A stretch of DNA of 64,000 nt from an uncultured Candidatus Rokubacteria bacterium (GTDB lineage Bacteria > Methylomirabilota > Methylomirabilia > Rokubacteriales > CSP1-6), in contig CAWBMV010000006.1 in NCBI GenBank assembly GCA_963789955.1, positions 160,001 to 224,000 on the forward strand, in the 5' to 3' direction. Both the position numbers and the translations under genes were made by a program. Of the stretch, positions 56,239-64,000 are shown piece after piece. Each line of letters starts with the position of its first letter. Position 1 is the stretch's first letter. Below the pieces are notes generated by a model. It made no database searches. It saw nothing but the letters and a program-made list of their open reading frames with translations, and was not told the DNA's origin.

Positions 56239-57133
56239 GTGGCCGAGACGGAGGCCGCGCGCGTGACCGTTCCTGGAGCCGGAGCCATCTCGCCGGCCTG
56301 GAAGCGCATCGCCAGCTCCATCGTGCTGATTCCGGTCTTCGTGTGGGTCACGACCGGGGCGCCGGCGTGGGTGTTCCAGCTGCTCGTGGTGGCGGCGAGC
56401 GCGGTGGCCTGCCGAGAGCTCGCGCGCATGTTCGAGCGCACGGGGCGCCCGATTGCCACGTGGCTCACGGTCGGCGTCGGCGCCGCACTCACGGCCAGCT
56501 TCGCCACGAGCCTCTATACAGGGCTCGGCATCGATGGACACGCGGTCCGCTGGATGCCGACCCCGGAGCTGGCGCTTCTGGTCGGTGTCGGCCTGATCTG
56601 CAGCGCACCGCTCTGGAGCTCGGGACGTCCGCTGGTCGAGTCGACCGCGAACACCCTGTTCGGCGCGATCTACATCGGCTGGCTTCTCGGCTACGCGATC
56701 TGGCTTCAAGGCCGCGCGGACGGCCCGCAGCTCGTGCTGTTTCTCGTCGGCGTGACGTGGGCCGGCGAATCGGCCGCGTACCTGGTCGGCTCCTCGGTCG
56801 GCCGCCACCGCCTCGCGCCGGTCTTGAGCCCGCGGCAAGACCGTCGAGGGTGCGATCGCTCAAGTCATCGTCTCGGTCGCCGCCGCGCTGGCGCTGGGAT
56901 TCTGGCTGCTCCCGGCGTGCGGTCTGCTCGGCGCCGCCGGAGCCGGCGTCGTCCTCGGCGTGATCGGCCAGGTCGGCGACCTGGCGGAGTCGGCGATCAA
57001 GCGAAGCATCGGAACCAAGGACACTGGCGACCTCATCCCGGGTCACGGCGGCATGCTCGACCGGATCGACAGCTTGCTCTTCAACGCCCCGGCCCTTTAC
57101 CTCTATTCTTTGTACGCCTGGTGCCGCGCATGA
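56239..57133 (+). CDS. cdsA: Phosphatidate cytidylyltransferase (frameshift near 56835)
   Basis: SP.KTVEG and GDLAESAIKR...KDTG..IPGHGGMLDRIDS. Confidence 0.92.
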
Positions 57134-58305
57134 AAAGCATTACGCTGCTCGGAGCAACGGGATCCATCGGTCTTCGAACCCTCGACCTCGTGTCGAGCTT
57201 CCCCGAGGAATTCTCGGTGGCGGCGCTCGCGGCGCGCGGGTCGAACGTCGAGCGGGTCGCGGACCTCTGCAAGAAGTACTCGCCGCGCGCCGTCGCGCTG
57301 CTGGAGGCGGACGCCCGCGACCAGCTGGCGCGCCTCCTCCCGGCGCCGCGTCCTGAGCTGCTCGCCGGTCCCGAGGGATTGGTGGCGCTGGCCCGCGACG
57401 TGAAAGCGGACATCGTGGTCTCGGCGCTGGTCGGCGGCGCCGGCCTGCTCCCGACCATGGCCGCGATCCAGGCCGGGCGCACCGTGGCGCTCGCCAACAA
57501 GGAAACCCTCGTCATGGCCGGGCGGCTGATGACCGCGGCGGCCCGGGCGCGGGGCGTGAAGCTCTTGCCGGTCGACTCCGAGCACAGCGCGATCTTCCAG
57601 TGCCTCGCCGGCCACAGCCGGGCCGACGTTCACCGTATCCTGTTGACAGCGTCCGGCGGTCCCTTCCGGGAGACGCCGAAAGCGCGGCTCGCGACGGTGA
57701 CGGTCGAGGACGCGCTCCAGCACCCGACGTGGAAGATGGGCGCGAAGATCACGATCGACTCGGCCACTCTGATGAACAAGGGCCTCGAGGTGATCGAGGC
57801 GCGCTGGCTGTTCGACGTCGCGTCCGATCAGGTCCAGATCGTGGTGCACCCGCAGTCGATCGTGCACTCGATGGTGGAGTACATCGACGGCTGCGTGATC
57901 GCCCAGATGGGCGTGGCGGACATGGGCGTGCCGATCCTCTACGCGCTCACGTATCCGGAGCGGCGGCCGATGCCGACCGCCCGCCTCGATCTGGTGCGCG
58001 CCGGGCAGCTCACGTTCTACGAGCCCGACGTCGACAAGTTCCCGTGCCTGCGGCTCGCGCGCACCGCGCTCGAGTCCAATAGCTCGGCGCCCGTGGTGCT
58101 CAACGCCGCCAACGAGATCGCGGTGGCGGCGTTCCTCGACCGGCGCATCGGCTTCAACGCGATCGCGGAGCTCATCGAGGAGGCGCTCAACGCCTCCCGC
58201 GCCGGCGACCTCGACTCGATCGAGGCCCTGGTGGCGGTCGACGCCGACACGCGCCGTTCCGTGCAGCGCGCGATCGACATCCGTCAGGGAGCGCGCTCCT
58301 CGTGA
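57130..58305 (+). CDS. dxr: 1-deoxy-D-xylulose 5-phosphate reductoisomerase
   Basis: LGATGSIG, LANKE, PVDSEH and HPTWKMG. Confidence 0.96.
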   Translation: MKSITLLGATGSIGLRTLDLVSSFPEEFSVAALAARGSNVERVADLCKKYSPRAVALLEADARDQLARLLPAPRPELLAGPEGLVALARDVKADIVVSALVGGAGLLPTMAAIQAGRTVALANKETLVMAGRLMTAAARARGVKLLPVDSEHSAIFQCLAGHSRADVHRILLTASGGPFRETPKARLATVTVEDALQHPTWKMGAKITIDSATLMNKGLEVIEARWLFDVASDQVQIVVHPQSIVHSMVEYIDGCVIAQMGVADMGVPILYALTYPERRPMPTARLDLVRAGQLTFYEPDVDKFPCLRLARTALESNSSAPVVLNAANEIAVAAFLDRRIGFNAIAELIEEALNASRAGDLDSIEALVAVDADTRRSVQRAIDIRQGARSS

Positions 58306-59666
58306 CGACCATCCTCTCGTTCGTCATCGTCATCGGCATCCTCATCCTGGTCCACGAGCTCGGCCATTTCCTGGTCGCCCGATGGACCGGTGTCGGCGTC
58401 GAGCGCTTCTCGATCGGCTTCGGTCCGGTGCTCGCGCGGTGGCGCGGCAAGGAGACCGAGTACTGCCTGTCGGCGATTCCGATGGGCGGGTACGTGAAGA
58501 TGGTCGGCGAGGAGAATCCGCTCGAAGGGGGCGGCTCGCCGGACTACGACCCCAAGAAGGCGTTCGCGCTCAAGCCGCTGTGGGCGCGCTTCCTGATCGT
58601 GTTCGCCGGCCCCGGGATGAATTTCGTGCTCGCCGCCGTGATCTTCGGCATCGTCCTCGCGACCATCGGGCGTCCGGTGTCTCCGGCGATCGTCGGGCGC
58701 GTCGCCGACGACGGCCCGGCCGCGGCTGCGCGGCTGCAACCGGGGGACACGGTGGGGTCGATCGACGGTCGCCCGATCGCGTTCTGGGAGGAGCTCTATC
58801 GGGCGATCATGAACTCGCAGGGCCAACCGCTGCGGTTGGGGATCGTGCGCGACGGAGCCAAGCGGGAGGTCGAGATCACGCCGCGGCGGGTCACCGTACG
58901 CGACCCGATCTTCAAGGAAGAGCGGGAGGAGTGGGACCTCGGCATCGGCCCGCAGCTCACGCCGCAGATCGGCGCGGTCACCTCGGGCTCTCCGGCCGAG
59001 CGGGCCGGCCTGCGCCCCGGGGACACCGTCATCGGCGTGGCGGGCCAGACGGTCTTCACGCCCGACGAGCTCACCCAGGCGATCCAGAAGCGCGGCGGGC
59101 AGACCTTCGAGATCGTCGTCCAGCGCGAGGGCAAGCCCGTGACCCTGCACGTGACGGCGACCACGGTGAAGGAGAAGAGCCCGACGGGTCAGGACGTCGA
59201 GATCGGGCGCATCGGCGTCGGCATCGTCATGAAAGCCGTTCGCTACGAGCGATACAATCCGCTCCAGGCGATGGGTTACGGCACCGTCAGGACCTGGGAC
59301 ATGACGGTGCTGACCGCCAAGGGGCTCTGGAAGCTCGTGACCCTGCAGTTGCCCCTCTCGAACCTCGGTGGCCCGATCCAGATCGCGGCGGAAGGGGAGC
59401 GTCAGCGCCGCGAGGGGTTGCCCTCGCTCGCGCAGTTCACGGCGATCATCAGCGTGAATCTGGCGGTGCTGAATCTCCTCCCGGTGCCGATGCTCGACGG
59501 CGGCCATCTTCTGTTCTTCGTCATCGAAGGAATTCTGGGCCGGCCGGTGTCGCTCAAGAAGCGCGAGGCCGCGCAGCAGCTCGGGCTCGTTCTTCTGCTG
59601 CTCTTGATGGTATTCGCGATTTACAATGACCTCGTCCGGATCGACGCATTCAGAATCTTTAGATAG
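58302..59666 (+). CDS. rseP: RIP metalloprotease RseP (two PDZ domains)
   Basis: HELGH, GGYVKM and NLLPVPMLDGGH. Confidence 0.95.
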   Translation: MTTILSFVIVIGILILVHELGHFLVARWTGVGVERFSIGFGPVLARWRGKETEYCLSAIPMGGYVKMVGEENPLEGGGSPDYDPKKAFALKPLWARFLIVFAGPGMNFVLAAVIFGIVLATIGRPVSPAIVGRVADDGPAAAARLQPGDTVGSIDGRPIAFWEELYRAIMNSQGQPLRLGIVRDGAKREVEITPRRVTVRDPIFKEEREEWDLGIGPQLTPQIGAVTSGSPAERAGLRPGDTVIGVAGQTVFTPDELTQAIQKRGGQTFEIVVQREGKPVTLHVTATTVKEKSPTGQDVEIGRIGVGIVMKAVRYERYNPLQAMGYGTVRTWDMTVLTAKGLWKLVTLQLPLSNLGGPIQIAAEGERQRREGLPSLAQFTAIISVNLAVLNLLPVPMLDGGHLLFFVIEGILGRPVSLKKREAAQQLGLVLLLLLMVFAIYNDLVRIDAFRIFR

Positions 59667-59675
59667 GACGGTTCA

Positions 59676-60773
59676 ATGATTACACGGCGGCAGACGCGGC
59701 AGATCAAGGTGGGCAGCCTCGCGGTCGGCGGCGGCGCCCCGATCACCGTGCAGTCCATGACCAAGACCGACACGCGCGACGTCCAGGCGACGTTGCTCGA
59801 GATCTGGTCACTCGAGGCGGCCGGCTGCGACATCGTCCGGTGCGCGGTGCCGGTCAAGGAAGCCGCCGAGAAGCTCGGTGAGATCAAGAAGCAGATCCGC
59901 ATCCCGCTCGTCGCGGACATCCACTTCAACTACAAGCTGGCGTTGATCGCGCTCGAGCAGGGCGTCGACGGCCTGCGGCTCAATCCCGGCAACATCGGCG
60001 GCAAGCAGTTCGTGCAAGAGGTCGTCAACGTCGCCAAGGACAAGAAGATCCCGATCCGCATCGGCGTCAACGGCGGCTCGCTCGAAAAGGATCTGCTGGC
60101 CAAGCACAACGGGCCGACCGCGGAAGGCATGGTCGAGTCGGCGCTCCGTCACATCCGCATCCTCGAGGATCTGAACTATCCCGAGATGAAGATCTCGCTG
60201 AAGGCTTCCGATCCCTTGATGATGATCGAGGCCTACCGGATGCTGGCCGACAAGGTCGACTACGCGTTCCACCTCGGTGTCACCGAGGCCGGCACGCCGG
60301 GCGTGGGCACGATCAAGTCGGCGATCGGTCTCGGCGCGCTCCTGTCGGAAGGGATCGGCGACACGATTCGCGTGTCGCTCTCGGCCGATCCGGCCGAAGA
60401 AGTCCGCGTCGGGATCCAGATCCTCAAGTCGCTCGGCCTGCGCAAGGGCGGCCTGACCTTCGTGTCGTGTCCGTCGTGCGGCCGCGCGGACGTCGACCTG
60501 GTCAAGCTCGCGAAGGAAGTCGAGGACGAGTTCAAAGGGCTGAACGAAGAGATCCACATCGCCGTGATGGGCTGCGAGGTCAACGGCCCCGGTGAGGCGC
60601 GTGTCGCGGACATCGGCGTCGCCGGCGGGCGCGGGATCGGGCTGATCTTCAAGAACGGAGACGTGATTCGCAAGGTGCCGGAGAAGGATATCGTCCAGGC
60701 GATGCGCGAGGAAGTCGACAAGTTCATCGCCGAGCGCAAGGCCGCGAAGCCGGCGGCCGTGGAGGCCTCGTGA
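59676..60773 (+). CDS. ispG: HMBPP synthase IspG
   Basis: VQSMT, ADIHF, RLNPGN, CPSCGR and MGCEVNGPGE. Confidence 0.96.
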   Translation: MITRRQTRQIKVGSLAVGGGAPITVQSMTKTDTRDVQATLLEIWSLEAAGCDIVRCAVPVKEAAEKLGEIKKQIRIPLVADIHFNYKLALIALEQGVDGLRLNPGNIGGKQFVQEVVNVAKDKKIPIRIGVNGGSLEKDLLAKHNGPTAEGMVESALRHIRILEDLNYPEMKISLKASDPLMMIEAYRMLADKVDYAFHLGVTEAGTPGVGTIKSAIGLGALLSEGIGDTIRVSLSADPAEEVRVGIQILKSLGLRKGGLTFVSCPSCGRADVDLVKLAKEVEDEFKGLNEEIHIAVMGCEVNGPGEARVADIGVAGGRGIGLIFKNGDVIRKVPEKDIVQAMREEVDKFIAERKAAKPAAVEAS

Positions 60774-61105
60774 TGGGACAGTACAAGACTCACGTCTTCG
60801 TGTGCACGACCGGCGATTCGTGTCCGACTCAGGGCAACGTCGAGCAGTACGTGAAGTTTCTCCGCGACGAGTCGGTGAAGGCCGGGCTCAAGGCGGACAT
60901 CCGCATCAACAAGGCCGGCTGCTTCTCGCAGTGCGGTCACGGTCCGATGCTCGTCTTCTACCCGGAGAACGTCTGGTACGGCGGCGTCCAGGAATCCGAC
61001 TTGAAGGAGATCTTCGAGTCGCACATCCGCGACGGCAAGCCGGTCGCCCGCCTGATCTACGATCCCGGCGTCAAGGGCGCGAACAAGAAGCCAGGTTACA
61101 AGTAG
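60773..61105 (+). CDS. Thioredoxin-like [2Fe-2S] ferredoxin
   Basis: HVFVCT...C...AGCFSQCGHGP...YPENVWY. Confidence 0.88.
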   Translation: MGQYKTHVFVCTTGDSCPTQGNVEQYVKFLRDESVKAGLKADIRINKAGCFSQCGHGPMLVFYPENVWYGGVQESDLKEIFESHIRDGKPVARLIYDPGVKGANKKPGYK

Positions 61106-61164
61106 CAAGCCCCGTCAAGGGTCCTCGCTGCTCCCGGTGCAGGCGGGATAAGTATGCCTCCGCC

Positions 61165-61193
61165 TTGCCTCCGGTCGGAACACGTGCTAAATT
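61165..61193 (+). promoter_or_regulatory. sigma70 promoter of rimP-nusA-infB
   Basis: TTGCCT-17 nt-TAAATT with extended TG. Confidence 0.55.
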
Positions 61194-61197
61194 CTTG

Positions 61198-61224
61198 AAA
61201 AAGTGGGCTTAGCCCGCTTTTTTT
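61198..61224 (+). terminator. rimP leader hairpin/attenuator
   Basis: AAAAAGTGGGC-tta-GCCCGCTTTTTTT, a stem plus U-tract of the kind found upstream of rimP-nusA. Confidence 0.7.
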
Positions 61225-61271
61225 AGTTTTGCCGACTGAGATGGAGGTGTTGGGCGCCGCGCCCGTGGTCC

Positions 61272-61739
61272 ATGGACGATGTCGAAAGGATCGCCCTGAT
61301 CGAGGAGACGGTCGCGCCGGTGGTCGGTGACCACGGGCTGGAGCTGGTCGACCTGGATTGGCGGGGGCTCCGGCCTCGAGGCGTGCTCCGGCTGTACGTC
61401 GACAAGCCGGGCGGCGTCGGGGTCGGCGACTGCGAACGCCTGAGCCGGGAGCTGGGAGACGTGCTGGACGCCGCCGCGGTGATCGAGGGGGGCTACGACC
61501 TCGAAGTGTCGTCGCCGGGACTCGACCGCCAGCTCAAGAAGGACCGGGAGTACCGCTGGGCGACGGGCAAGCAGGTCCGCTGCTGGCTGGCCGGCGGCGC
61601 CGAGTTTCACGGGCGCCTGGCCGAGGTCGGCCCCGAGCGGCTGGTGCTGGAGCGGGACGGCGAGCGAACCGAGCTCCGCCGGAGCGAGGTCACGAAGGCG
61701 CGGTTGGAGGCAGAGGTCCCCTGGGCCCGCAAGGCGTAG
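61272..61739 (+). CDS. rimP: Ribosome maturation factor RimP
   Basis: LRLYVDK, DCERLSR and YDLEVSSPGLDR. Confidence 0.94.
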   Translation: MDDVERIALIEETVAPVVGDHGLELVDLDWRGLRPRGVLRLYVDKPGGVGVGDCERLSRELGDVLDAAAVIEGGYDLEVSSPGLDRQLKKDREYRWATGKQVRCWLAGGAEFHGRLAEVGPERLVLERDGERTELRRSEVTKARLEAEVPWARKA

Positions 61740-61762
61740 AATCTGGGCGAGTCAAGGAAACC

Positions 61763-63108
<1,346 letters not shown>

Positions 63109-63112
<4 letters not shown>

Positions 63113-63474
63113 AGACACCCCCGAGCCGCACGTGTCTTGGATGTCGGCGAGCTCGGCCGAAGGCCGACCTCGTGCGGCTGACCCGAACGCCGAGCGGAAC
63201 GGTGGTCGTGGACTGCGGGCCTCGCGCGACAGGCCGCGGCGCGTATGTGTGTCCCGAGCCCGAATGTCTCGAGCGCGGCCTGAGCCGCGGTCGGCTCGGT
63301 CACGCATTCAGAAAGCCCAGTGAGGCAGGTCCGGATCTGGTCGCGACGGTGCGAGCCGCCGCGGGGCGTGAGCCACAGGCTGCGCTGGCCGAAGCGAGCC
63401 CGGAGGGCACGCTCTTGTGTGAGGCCGGCGCGGGAGCGATCGGCGATGTCGCAGTGATCACGGTGAGAGCGTAG
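63109..63474 (+). CDS. ylxR: YlxR/DUF448 RNA-binding protein
   Basis: PSRTCLGCR and GRGAYVC; located between nusA and infB. Confidence 0.88.
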
Positions 63475-63489
63475 GGAGGTGAGGGGACA

Positions 63490-64000
63490 GTGGCAGCAGC
63501 CAAGATAAAGGTGATCGAGCTCGCCAAGGAGCTCGGCGTGACCAGCAAAGATCTGATGGTCGCGGCCGAGGAGATGGGCCACAAGGGCGTCCGGGCCATG
63601 AGTCCCCTCGACAGCGCGCTCGCGAACGCGCTGCGCGTGAAGCTCGGCAAGGGCCGTGACCTGCCGGAAGCGCCGAAGCCCAAGCGCGTACCCGAAGCCC
63701 AAAACGGACGAGGCCGGCGATGCGGCCGCGGGCGATCTCGTCGCGAAAAAGCCCGCCTCTCGGTCGAAGAAGGCCAAGACCGAGGACGAAGTGGCCGCCG
63801 ACGTCAAGCCGGCTGCGACGATCGTGAAGCCGAAACCCGCTGGAGCCGTGCCGGACATCGCGCCGCAACCGCCGTTCGTACCGGAGCCGGAGCCCGAAAT
63901 CGTGCCCGAGCCCACCGTGGTTGCCGCGCCGCCCGAGCCCGTCGTTCCCAAGCCGGCTGCGCCGCTCGCGCCGCCGCCCGTTCCGCCCGCGCCTGCAGGG
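63490..64000 (+). CDS. infB: Translation initiation factor IF-2, N-terminus (frameshift near 63700; 3' truncated by window)
   Basis: IKVIELAKELG IF2_N motif followed by a Pro/Ala-rich linker; canonical position. Confidence 0.88.
   Translation, partial: MAAAKIKVIELAKELGVTSKDLMVAAEEMGHKGVRAMSPLDSALANALRVKLGKGRDLPEAPKPKRVPEAQNGRGRRCGRGRSRREKARLSVEEGQDRGRSGRRRQAGCDDREAETRWSRAGHRAATAVRTGAGARNRARAHRGCRAARARRSQAGCAARAAARSARACR

Overview
High-GC bacterial chromosomal segment. GC content, gene order and gene content suggest a Candidatus Rokubacteria/Methylomirabilota-like organism; this is inference only. Many genes, including essential ones (tsf, cdsA, infB) and other housekeeping genes (hscA, argJ), carry single-base frameshifts, so the sequence looks like an indel-prone long-read assembly, and split ORFs are reported here as reconstructed genes. 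Content from left to right: thrB end, MFS transporter, dCTP deaminase; an orphan Pup-like modifier ending GGE, followed by an FmdB zinc ribbon protein, a LysR regulator and a selenocysteine-containing selD (UGA plus SECIS-like hairpin); Tat-exported transglutaminase, TlpA, anti-sigma factor and a SenB/GLT1D1-like glycosyltransferase; a MoxR-DUF58-giant VWA-TPR operon with a sigma54-type promoter; a degenerate GalT; a full isc operon whose IscS lacks the PLP lysine, flanked by a DsrEFH-like trio, a second intact desulfurase and cysE; dinB preceded by a 41-bp hairpin; a liv-type ABC/acyl-CoA ligase operon divergent from two ferritin-like proteins, a biotin carboxylase and a biotin carrier; an RpoD-like sigma factor; malic enzyme plus a glycosylation module; nth; and the housekeeping run rplM-rpsI-argC-argJ-rpsB-tsf-pyrH-frr-uppS-cdsA-dxr-rseP-ispG-ferredoxin-rimP-nusA-ylxR-infB. 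I saw no rRNA, tRNA, CRISPR array or transposase. The best candidates for new biology are the apparently PLP-less IscS with its sulfur-relay partners and the Pup/selD/SenB-like locus.
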